Shown here: positions 1-11,017 of the stretch, piece by piece
Layout of the letters: the number at the start of each line of letters is the position of its first letter
How positions within the stretch are numbered: position 1 is the first letter of the stretch
Source: Ginkgo biloba
Lineage: Eukaryota > Plantae > Ginkgophyta
DNA: 16,333 nt
Reading direction: 5' to 3'
Assembly: GCA_024626585.2 (NCBI GenBank)
Contig: JANKJI020000002.1
Location: 4,894,434-4,910,766, forward strand
Notes under the pieces: model-generated
Database searches by the model: none
What the model was told of the DNA's origin: nothing
What the model saw: only the letters and a program-made list of their open reading frames with translations
Position numbers and translations under genes: made by a program

Positions 1-2854
1 ATAAGCATCAATACAAAATAGTCATGGAATTACTTAAGAGAGAATAATCAGAACATGCATCATTTCACAACAGATCTGAGCCCCTCCAAGCCATGAGGCA
101 AAGAACGAATTAAAATCCTCACATACACCACCCTGAGTGTCCACACATATACAACACGCTTGCAACGTTACGTTAGCATCTATGATGAAAGAGAAACTAG
201 GCGAGAATCAATTTCATCGAGATAACCATTAGTAAGCAAGATGCAAAGCCTAAATCCTTGGTGTAAGAATCTAACACACGGGCTTCGTATATCATGAAAT
301 AATCTGACCCAATCATAAAAAATGACTTATCATGCTGCAATAGTCATATGGCAGAGGATAGCATGCACAAAAAATTGAGGCACCATAAAAAAAAATTTCA
401 AACCTCCAGAACAAAGCCCTAACTTATTCCAGCCATAACATGCATTGTGGCAGCCTGAGAGGACAAGTAAGGATCTTCATTAGCGTTGATATCAGCCTGT
501 AACAACAGTACTTCCACATAAGCTAGGCTAGTCAGGGGATCAAAACCTAAAGCTGTACATCAATGGGACATGAGGATGGCATGCATTAAGATCAAATTAA
601 ATCTGCTACTGTGCTGTTTTAAGTCAAAATCCACACACCAAGAATCAGTTGTCCTACTCACATCACAGTCATAAACACACCCTACATGGATTCAAAAATA
701 GCAAAAGGTCACACATGAGAGCTGGAATTACCAACTACGTGGCAACAATAGAAGGTTAGGGTATGGTATACCTGAAATAGAAGGTTACACCAGCTGATAC
801 AAATGTGTCGATCCCTCCTTGAATAAGACATTCAGCTCAAACAGCAAGTTAGAGTACAGCAAACCCCTTCCTTGGAGTAGAAGATGAATATGGCAGCTGA
901 TCAAACTTCTTTTCCAAAGACGACTTGCGATAATGATGTTTTTTTCTTTTTTTGGAAAAACAGACTCGGTGCACTAAACGAAATCACATTAAAGAAGCCT
1001 GAAAGCTCAAACAACATTAGCTTCTGCAGTAAGCCACAGAGGAGTAGAGTTATAAACATGCCTCACAACCTTATCAATTTTAGACTTCACACCATTGTTT
1101 TAACTCATCCTATATTAGATAAATATACATAAACAAAATACATAGCCCATTTAATTCTCTATAAAAAAATCATTCCACGACACTTGTATCCTTACTTATT
1201 CTGAATGTGGTCTTTCCTAGCATAAACATAACCTCTTTTCTCTATGCTAGCTCAAGTTCCTATAATTCCTCATATTGAGAACTAAATTCATACCCTGCCA
1301 TGCTTATGACTTCCCCATAACCATATTAGGCTCAGCATGTTTCAAGTAGGGCTAAGTGTCCATACGTCCATATCTAGACCTAGCCATTTTTTACTAAATT
1401 CAAGTATAATTTTGAGTAGTTTATGGAAATCTAGATATAACCTCTAGCCCTAGTTTTCCATTTAGAAATATCTCTTTAAGAAGCATTATCTTTATTCAAT
1501 AAAATATAATTGCTACAATAATCATAATTTCATGAAGAGAAGACATATTCNNNNNNNNNNNNNNNNNNNNNNNNNNNNNNNNNNNNNNNNNNNNNNNNNN
1601 NNNNNNNNNNNNNNNNNNNNNNNNNNNNNNNNNNNNNNNNNNNNNNNNNNTTTTTCCTTCAATTTTGATGTAGGAAAAAGAATTGTCAAAATCAAAGCCA
1701 CCAAGCTTAAGGATTTAAATCCTAAAACTTATATTACTATAACAAAACTCACCATTCAAAATATAGAATTTTATGTGGTCCAATTGTCATCCCATGAAAT
1801 AGTAAAATTTCATGAGGTTTTGTTCAAATCTTTAAAAATAAAAGTATATGAGTTATTAAGGGAAAATTTCCTATTTAAAAATAAAAATGCATCTCTCAAG
1901 AATAATTTTAAGGAATTTGAATTGGTCTTGAAACATACATTGGTGGTATAACTATCCACTTATGTGGTTCCATAATATGAAGGGGTATTATGTAATCAAT
2001 TGAGGATTGCAAGGGTATGCCATTAGTCTCTAACCTGANNNNNNNNNNNNNNNNNNNNNNNNNNNNNNNNNNNNNAATGTGATCTTATTCATAATTCATA
2101 GAGAATGCAAAATGAGTGGCTTTAGACACTAATATTTATATCAATATCCTAACTAAAGATGCATCAATTTTTAATAAAGAAGTAATTAAATTATGGGATC
2201 ACATGACAAAGAAGTCTAATGATCCCAATTTTTAATTGGAAGAGATAATTGATAAATGGATAAATTCTATTCAAAATTTGATTATTCTCAATAGTAATGT
2301 GGTGAATACTTTTATGTATTTAAGTATTGAGAAAAATTGTTATTTAATTATGAAATATTTTTTCTTCATTACATTTATTGAATTCAAATTAAAGTTCTAG
2401 TCAATCATTTTTGTATTGAAACTTTATTAGAATTTGTCAATTGTATCTTCATCACGTATCAAGTGATGTTGATCATCATCATTTCACCATTGATACAAAA
2501 AATAACTATGAAAAAAATTGATAACCATGCTAGGGATTATTTATGATTAGTTTGGTCCATATTTTATTATTTAATCGAGCTAAAATAAGAAAACCCTATA
2601 CCAAGTTAGAAAAATCTGAGGGAATATAGGATTAATATTTTTCTACTTTAAAGGAAGAGGTGTTAGTGGATTGCACAACCCCTATAACTTAATTATTCCT
2701 TCCTATAGTTCTTCTAAATAATTTATTTACACCTCCTTCTCCTCCTATTTTCAAATCATAGTCACTTTTGATTAGTTATTCTAAGCTACAAGTCACTCCC
2801 ACACTAACAATTCCTATTTCCTAAGATTCAACCATTCAAGAGCCTTCCACATTG

Positions 2855-3090
2855 ATGGAAACCCCATGGATTGTTGTTGTGCCCTTAAATTTGGAAGAAT
2901 ATCTTGATGCTCTACCAAGTGGATCTAAATATTATCTCCCTAAATTTAAAGGATATGGGTCGATCAACCCAAATAAGAATTTGGAAATTATTTCTAAGGC
3001 TTGTATCATATTAGAAGTAACATCAGAGAATGTAATTGTAAGGCTATTCATTTAAAATTTGGAAGATGAATAAATTATTTGGTTTAATCA
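2855..3090 (+). mobile_element. Truncated Gypsy gag fragment, N-terminal capsid region
   Basis: PWIVVVPLNLEEYLDALPSGSKYYLPKFKGYGSINPNKNL..ACIILEVTSENVIVRLFI*NLEDE*IIWFN matches the PLxL...LP....LPKFxG....P..H........EDV.VRLF...L......WF gag pattern. In-frame stops are present and similarity ends abruptly near 3090. Confidence 0.72.
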
Positions 3091-3167
3091 TAGTTCAAAT
3101 TTACTTTAGTGTAAATCAATTATGGTTTACTCATAGTTCAAACTTACTTTAGTGTAAATCAGTTATG
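3080..3167. repeat. 43-bp tandem duplication
   Basis: tggtttaatcatagttcaaatttactttagtgtaaatcaatta (3080-3122) vs tggtttactcatagttcaaacttactttagtgtaaatcagtta (3123-3165); 3 mismatches. Confidence 0.93.
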
Positions 3168-4177
3168 CTCTTCATGCAAAGCAATTGCAATCAATTTTTG
3201 AAGTACTTCGACCCGGAAGCAAAAATTGGCTAAATCTTTACTGTAATTTGATGAATTTCAATTCTACCAATGTCCCAAATCAGGCATATTGGAGATGCAT
3301 CAAGAGGAAGTTCACCTACAAATTCATTAGACTGATGCTAGATAGATCACTGTATGTGACAATAGGCATCATTTTTAAGGGACAGTTTTGTTTCATGGTT
3401 GACCATTCCAAGTGCATTAATATCAACTTCGAATTGAGTGATTTCATTGGTGCGCCTGAATTGAGCGCTTAATGTGCATGTCCAATGGACGAGCATGCAA
3501 GCAGGCTGGAAACTGGAGTGTTGCCTTGGCTAAAATCATTTTCATATTAACAATTTCCATGAAAGATATTAGCAGCATAGCATTTAGTCCCCTACTATAG
3601 TGGAATTATCCTTTGTTGTCCTGAAGGTTAGATTAGGCAAGTTTGGATGTTTCCTTTTTTTTACATGTTTTATGTGTGTGAAAAAGGTAAAGATAAAGAA
3701 ATGAATTCTATCCTTTACAAGGCAAATTTATTCTGATTTACGTTGTGTTTGTTACTGTGATGCTCAACACCCCCTAGTTTTATTGTCATGCATCATATGG
3801 ATGATCTATTTTGATACAAAGTTAATACTTTTATTCTGGAAAACACATGCTATGAATAATTACTATTTTCTTTCAATTTATGTTTCACACACAACCACAC
3901 AACACTTCGTGCATTGAGGTATGTGAGTAGCGTGTTCTGACCCCTTACTCGTGATTAGGCCGACCCATGGAGGGTTGCATGGTGAGGGAAGCACACACTT
4001 TTGCACAATAGTTCCAAGCCACTCATGGACACCACCAATGTGCAACTGATGAAGGAAACAATCAAAAGTCCACCTATATGTTATGGGAAAGGTAGCATAG
4101 ACAGTCATGTCATAGGAGAGAAGCTGCTGAATACAGAATTTGTAGGCAGAAAAATCCAATTGAATAATACCCCCAAC

Positions 4178-4270
4178 GAGAACAACTACTTCCCAAAGAG
4201 AGATAACTGTCACCATACATCTCTGAGGAACCGGGTTTGGCAACATGTATTGAGAACAACTACTTCCCAA
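4178..4270. repeat. 19-bp perfect direct repeat, 74-bp period
   Basis: gagaacaactacttcccaa at 4178-4196 and 4252-4270. Confidence 0.9.
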
Positions 4271-5207
4271 GGAGAAGCTAATGTCAAATATAATATTTGA
4301 AAGCTATAGTTACATCTGTTGAATGCTAACTTACAAGAAATAGAATAAAAGTAAAAAACTGTGATTTTAGAAGAGCTACTTTCAGGAGGTTCATGATGAA
4401 AGAAAGTTGTCTTCTGGGAATCACCTTATGCATTTGGCTTTGAATAAATTGTTGGGAACCATTAATTGAATTTGCAATGGAAAGACAAAAAAGAGAGATT
4501 GTCTTTTCTGCATGTTAGTCTCAAACATGATATAGACAGGACACCTGTGGAGCTTAAAGCAATATAACTTGTGGCATCTTAGATTTCAATTTGGAATGTA
4601 GAAGAAGCCCCAGCAAAACGATTCCAATCATCTTATACGACTCCAAAGGATCTAACAGAATTTCTCTGCAATGCAAAGTGTTATTTACACATCAAATTTC
4701 AAATTATAAATAGGCTATGATTCAGGGGACTCCAGTAGATTATCTGCAGAACAATTTTAAGTGAGAATTGCAGCAAGCCAAATTCAAGTTCAAGAAGGGA
4801 TTTTGTAGAAAGGCTGTATAGTAATTTGAACTGATGAAGTAGAAACTATGAATGGTCGGTTGAGGTCCAGCAGACCAAACTACTGAAATACAATTAGTCT
4901 ACTAGGGTAAAGCTGCCCACTCAAACTATCTCGACCCTGAATGGAGCAATATTCAAGAACATTGAGAGGATCTTGTGATTTTACCATTTCGTTTTATTCC
5001 TGACTCCACAGAATTCCTAAGATGTGCACTTGCAACTTAAACATGCAAATGACCTTAATGGGGCAGAATGGGCCCATGACTCATCAAANNNNNNNNNNNN
5101 NNNNNNNNNNNNNNNNNNNNNNNNNNNNNNNNNNNNNNNNNNNNNNNNNNNNNNNNNNNNNNNNNNNNNNNNNNNNNNNNNNNNNNNNATAAATCAAGAT
5201 ACCAAGT

Positions 5208-5734
5208 TGTAATTGGTCAAAATGCATGTAGATACAAAGAGAAATAAATATATGCCTTCAAAACTAGGGGAAGTACACCTTAGTAGGGTGAACCATGGGA
5301 ATTTAAAAATCCAAGCTGTTGGTCTCAAAAGCTTCCATAAGATAGGATAAACCTTGAACTTGGCCTCCAAGTCACGTTGCAACTCAAGTAGAATCTCATA
5401 AGTTGCAGTACTTGTAAAAACTATGGCAGTAGGTCAAATTTGAAGAAGATATATGATCATGGATGCTTCGAATGAAACTATCAATTTCTTATATGTAGGA
5501 ATTGTACTTGCTTTACTGAGCCAATTAGATCCCTTTTCACTGTCTTGTTATCTTGGAAGGCATTCCTTTGAAATTTGCAGGACCCAGTTATGCCCTTGGT
5601 CGATTTCTAAGGCTTCTTAAGGGCCAAGCATTCCTCCAACCAACCCTCAAGTATACAGGGTTGCCTTCTAACGAACCTAACACCTTAATAGTGCCTCAAA
5701 CTATGTTTAAAGGTTTGTTGGTGGTGATTCAATA
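5208..5734 (-). mobile_element. Probable 3' LTR (~527 bp) of the chromodomain-bearing element
   Basis: Follows the chromodomain and a purine-rich tract GAAGATGGAAATAAATGAGGAC (PPT-like, ends at 5735). Starts TATTG (TGTTG with G>A), has catataag near 5490 and ends ...TTACA at 5208. No second copy in the window to confirm the boundaries. Confidence 0.45.
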
Positions 5735-5789
5735 GTCCTCATTTATTTCCATCTTCGTAAATGTGTTGTACAAAAAAAATTTTGACCTC

Positions 5790-6275
5790 ATATGCAATAC
5801 AAAAAAATGACAAACTCCCATGTTGCTTCTTAATTGGTCTATCCAACCATTCCACTAAGCACTCCATAATTTCTCTATTCCAAAGTTTCTTTACTCTTGT
5901 ATCCAAGATTTTGATAGGCTCATAAGCAATATACTCCACTTCTTGTAGGTTAATGTAGATTGTCAACACATTGTCATATCCAAATAGTGCCTTTTTCAAT
6001 ACAACAACATGGAAGAGTAAGTGGATTTTAATATAGGCTAGTAACTCCAACTTGTAATCCACCCTTTTACATTCCACAATACATTGAAGGGTTTATAGTA
6101 CGTTGGAAAGAGTTTAGTGCACTTCCCTATTGATAAAGAAGCATTACACTTCACCCTTAAATAGACCATGTTCCAATTTGAAAAATGGGGATGTCCCTTT
6201 TTCACTTGCACATAATATGTCCCTTGCTTGTGCACTCAATTTTTCTTTACAATTGAGCTTTTCTTGCATTTAATC
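5790..6275 (-). mobile_element. Chromovirus-type Gypsy integrase C-terminus (GPY/F region) and chromodomain, degenerate
   Basis: FSNWNMVYLRV..KCTKLFPTYYKPFNVL (cf. FxVGDMVYLRL..KLSPRYYGPFxVL); YKLELLAYIKIHLLFHVVVLKK (cf. YKLELP..IHPVFHVSLLKK); EPIKILDTRVKKLWNREIMECLVEWLDRP, then ATWE after a frameshift (5826-5815). Confidence 0.88.
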
Positions 6276-7159
6276 AAGAAAGCAAAGGAAGACCTAAGAT
6301 TTCATCTTTTGGCAAAATGATACATCGATCGCTGACTTGAAGATTTTGTGCAAAGCACTATGGAAGTTGCACGAAGATCATATAAACCATTCAGGCTTCT
6401 GGAAGTATTTAAGATTATCAAATGGGACCAACTATAGCTCAGAGAGGTCTCAAGACATAGCTATAGGCAATAATTTTGAATAAAATAGTTGCATGCCTAT
6501 ATGGAGGCAATGATGACCCCACTAAAGTCTAGTGAACGAAGATTTACTATAACCTGTTATGGATTTTAGAAGTCTCGTAGCCCCCATAGGATGAATTAAT
6601 CTTTAGAGTTTATAATGACTTTCTAAAGCACCCTAAGATTAGGCATACACAAATTTCAAAGTTGGCTTTAAAAAGATGCACTTAAGGCCAACCTAATGAC
6701 TTGGAAGAAGTATATATGAAGTCAAAAGCCTCATATGAGCCTTCACTCTAAGAATTTGACTTATGAATGCTCCCTTCTCCTCTCACATCCTTAAGACAAC
6801 TTACAAGTGCAAGAACTTCAACAAATTGTACAAGAATACTCTTGTTGACCTTATCACAATAATTATAAGCCCTAGACATGCAACGAACATCATTTTCTAA
6901 CCTGTGATAGGAAATCAATGAAGCAGAAACAAGGTGGCTTGCAAGAAGGTCTTGAAATTGCAATTTTTTTAGCACAAACAACTTCTTTGAAGGCCAATGA
7001 CTTGCGCCTAAAAAACATTGATCAAGTCAGGATTGGCAAACCATTAGATGCACCTTATTGAGCCATTTTTACAAAGGTATGATACTCAGTACTTTGGATT
7101 TTGGACGGAGCCAGAAAGTCAAATTTTATGAATCACCCTATTGTTGGAATTTTTGCAGG

Positions 7160-7415
7160 TTTAGCTTGTTGGAAGCAAAATTCTATAGCAAAGTAGTAAT
7201 CTTTTAGGGCCAATAACTTTGGATCAAAAGTCATCACTTCTAACCTAATAGGCTCATTGAATGTTCCTTGAAGAGTGGAATCCAAAAATGTGTAAATGTT
7301 GGATGTTTGAAACCCAAATGGATGTTGGAAGGCATAAAAAAGAAATTCCTTCCTTGTTGAAGCACTTGCAAAAAATTAAGCCTACAACTAATCCAATTTA
7401 GCTTGTTGGAAGCAA
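7160..7415. repeat. 19-bp perfect direct repeat in the retroelement spacer
   Basis: tttagcttgttggaagcaa at 7160-7178 and 7397-7415. Confidence 0.88.
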
Positions 7416-8247
7416 TGTGACCTAAAGAAGATTGGAGTAGAGTTGCAATGATTCAAACTAGAAAGCTTAGGTTGGGGTTTGCTAGGCGGGGAAACACGCC
7501 ACAAGTGCAAGAGATATCAAATTGAGGTTTAGAAACCTATATAGTGAAAATTCATGTTGCTTTAAGATCATTCTTGGGTCTTACATGATGTATTTGTTTT
7601 GCAACTCAAGACCAACCCTAGATAAATATAAGTTTTTCCATGAGTATGGTGAATGTTAAGGTTGAGTGAAAGGATTGATTAAGGATGGGATGCCATTTTT
7701 TTACTACAAAACCTAATATCATTAGCTTGGACAAATAGGATTGGAGGGCCCACCTGTATGAAGAATAAATTCTTGAAGCAATGATTAAAGGATAGATTCC
7801 TAGAATCACTAAAATGATAGATGGACAATGCTTGTGGGACCTTATTTAAGCCTAGATGGCCAATGTGGGGGATATCGAAACTACATGTGGGGGGATCGAT
7901 TCCAAGAACCACAATGGTAGCAAGGGTGAATCCCATGAATTTCAATAAAAGGAATGGTACTTGTGGGTTGAGTGCAATCCCTTATAGATGGTATGATGAC
8001 ATCACCAAAATTTATGAAGCCAATAGATGTTCCTCACTAGCTTGCTGGGGGACCATCCAAAACACAAGTTCCTCCTAGTCTTGCTAACTCATTTGATTCC
8101 TTTATCTTTGAATAGATTCTACACACCACAGGTAGATCCCATCCTAGAAACTCTTTATCTCTTACTAATTAGACATATGTTTGTGCATGATAGAAGTTCT
8201 ATAAAGTGCACTTGGGATTCTATAACACTTAGTCTAACAATGTTGGG

Positions 8248-8915
8248 GCAATCTTACTCAAGATGACCCTCCCTACGACACTTTTTGCACCAAACTGCCC
8301 TTCATTCCTTTTACCTTTGACTAGAAAATTCCTCCATCATTCTTGCCATATCTTGCTAGAGAGTTATGATGGGAAGCACTACTTCAACATCATCCTTGAT
8401 GGTGAATGACTTAGCAAATGCTCCTATTTTCTCCTCAATTTCCAAGTCCAATGCTCAATCAAAGCACTTCCTCATATGTGGTTTCCAGGACTAACTGCAA
8501 CATTCGCTTAGATTCATGGAGTAATCCTTCCATGAATCATCTAGTTTAGAGGTCAATTGTCACCTTGGAGTCCATTTCTCCATTAGTGCTTTAAGTTTTT
8601 TGCAAACTACTAGGTCCTCCTATCTCTTAGTTTAAATTGTAGATTTCATTTAGCACTTCATAATATCACAAAAAAGGCAAAAATCCTTCTCAAACTCGTA
8701 CCTCAAATTCTTGCAATCTTTGAAATGATTAGGTGGGAACTCCTTGTACCAATCATTCACCACATCCTACAAGGTTACAGGGAAGGCCTTCACTCAACAA
8801 GCACCATTGTATTGCCTAGTTGCCCTCCAAATGGTTTCGTAAATATTTTACAATGCCTAGTGGAGACCTCATTCCCATTGAGTATGGGCAGTCTCAGGCT
8901 CTCTATCAAAACCAT
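8248..8915 (-). mobile_element. Gypsy gag (Retrotrans_gag domain plus CCHC zinc knuckle), degenerate
   Basis: LRLPILNGNEVSTRHCKI / ETIWRATRQYNGAC*VKAFPVTL*DVVNDWYKEFPPNHFKDCKNLRYEFEKDF fits the gag pattern (FPxTL...W.......W..L...F). Knuckle WCKKCRREGHLE*DC has exact C-x2-C-x4-H-x4-C spacing at 8289-8248. Confidence 0.8.
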
Positions 8916-9747
8916 GATTGATGAAGTGATTCCACTAATTGTCTGCACTATTGTAGATGTGGACATTAGTCTCCCTCTTTCACCATAAAGGTGCTCAAGC
9001 CTTTTCTTCTCATCCTCTTGCAGTGTAATCATAAATTGATCCTGCCATAGAATTTTCCAAAGCATGCCCTTGCTATATTGTCTTCCTCGGTCTTGGCCTG
9101 ACCTTCATTAATCTACTTAGAAGGGTGGGGTTTCTCACTCGCATCATTCCTCAACTGCAGCCCATTCCCAAGGCTTGGCCATGCAAAAATTTCCTTGACA
9201 TTGTCCGTCATTGCAGAATCCTTATGCTCCCATATAATCAATGATTTCTACTTGCATCAAAGCTTGTGATCACTTCTACTACAAGAAGTTACCCATTGTG
9301 CTCTTTTCACCACTACTTTTGTCAACCTTCAAATGAGCAATTGTGATTCCCATTTACTCAATTGCATAGACAATTGTATCTTCCCATGTCCAGAAATGCT
9401 ATAGTCAAATTCTTTTGGCAAGATATCATCAACATTATTGCAAAGAGCTTTATTGCATATCGCAAAGCTCCAATACTCAAGAAGCTACTCAATATCTTTG
9501 GATGTCAGACAGGTTCAAAGATGTTCAGCACTTAATAATAGCAACGACTCCAAAATGCTCCTTGCCACAGGCCATATATCAGATCTACCGCTCCTCCATG
9601 AATGTTTCAATCAACATTGCTTTCGCCAACCAAGATCAGCTAATCTCATGTTTAATCTGCACTGAAAACAGTGCCAGATGTTGAATACAGTTTCCCAAGT
9701 TACAGATCTATGTGAACATCTTACTCAAAAATTTACAAATGAGGATG

Positions 9748-9773
9748 TGTACGTGTGTGTACACACACATACA
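9748..9773. repeat. Palindromic (GT)4(AC)4 microsatellite with inverted flanks
   Basis: gtgtgtgtacacacac (9753-9768) is a perfect palindrome. It extends to 9748-9773 with one mismatched pair. Confidence 0.85.
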
Positions 9774-11017
9774 AACACATCAATGTTATTAGCTCTACAA
9801 TAAATAAAAGACTATTATCAATCTCGATAAATCTATAGAACAAGTAACATTATCTATTCCTTCAGAACAAGATTATTGAAACAAATAATACAAGAGGCTG
9901 CCATGAACTCATCATTGATTCTATTAGAATGATAAGCATATTTAATATAATGATCAATAGTTTATTATCATATAAAACCAATTGTTGCTCATATAAACTA
10001 GATGACTTTTATGACAATAATATATCTATAGTGATCCACTAAAGTTCCATAATATGACCCATATATCTCACCAAAGAATTTTCATCAATTTATCTAAATC
10101 ATTGGAATTTATAATTGTACCAAACTTTTGACATAGTAGGCATATAGTAAAAATCCAATGATGCATTTTATAAGCACTTTCAAAAGCAAGTAAAAATGGT
10201 TGTTAATCTAAAAAATTACAAGTATANNNNNNNNNNNNNNNNNNNNNNNNNNNNNNNNNNNNNNNNNNNNCCTTTTTTATTTATCTATACTATGTTGAAG
10301 TAGGAAACTTTTTACAAATCCAACTAAGAAGTTGAATGATTGAGCACACATAATTGATAATAAGCATTGATTATGTTAGGAATAAGTTTTTTGTGAAGAA
10401 TTTAAAAGACATTTTAACTCTATAGGAAAATTAAATTAAATTTAAAATCCATCATCTACATTTAGATCATAAACACGAGCACATAAATCAAATGTATTTT
10501 TAGTATTTGAGGTTCCACACTCTCTATTTAGCAAACCTAAAACAATTATAGTATTTGGTTCAACAATATTCTTAGAAAGAAATATTGAGAAATTTATTTG
10601 GAGTTATCATAATACAATTTAATTCTAAATAGGCTAAATTAGCAATCACAAGACCAATTTTACTTACAATAAGATATTCAACACCATTTGTTTTATTGCA
10701 ATAAGAAACATGATTTTCTTTTGATGGAAATATTGATTAATGTTGTACGTTTAAATATATTATAGAATTTTGAGGAATATTGCCACCTATAATCATTAAA
10801 AAAACTTTGAATGATTAGTTAAANNNNNNNNNNNNNNNNNNNNNNNNNNNNNNNNNNNNNNNNNNNNNNNNNNNNNNNNNNNNNNNNNNNNNNNNNNNNN
10901 NNNNNNNNNNNNNNNNNNNNNNNGGGTCGGGTGTGTGGGTGTGGGTATGTTCATGCAGCAAGGGCCTGCTTGACCACATCTTCATGTCGATGGCAATTAT
11001 TGTCATGTAAAGACTAC

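Larger units (their letters stand above)
1..11017 (-). other. Probable long intron downstream of the sorting-nexin exon
   Basis: GT donor at 11017. The expected next exon (ILWPDG-like) was not found by eye in the sequenced bases. It could be hidden in an N-gap. Confidence 0.55.

Noticed and set aside
884-1132. 82-aa ORF
   Set aside because: Low-complexity translation across a T-run with no motif; consistent with a chance ORF in intron.
1522-1704. ORFs spanning N-runs (also 5024-5212, 10815-11006, 13688-13903 and the 5' part of 1532-1951)
   Set aside because: They are open only because N codons contain no stops.
3185-4300. ORFs 3185-3472, 3878-4270 and 4001-4300 as genes
   Set aside because: No recognisable domain, overlapping opposite-strand frames and no convincing splice structure.
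7618-8266. Cluster of short ORFs on both strands as genes
   Set aside because: They lie in the decayed retroelement spacer, overlap in conflicting frames and show no motifs.
9415-9684. Overlapping plus-strand ORFs, or a minus-strand exon after the acceptor-like ctgttttcag near 9662
   Set aside because: No recognisable protein. All three minus-strand frames stop shortly after the putative acceptor and none encodes the expected ILWPDG exon.
9300-9720. 5' LTR partner for the 5208-5734 LTR
   Set aside because: No visible similarity to 5208-5734 and no PBS found upstream of the gag.
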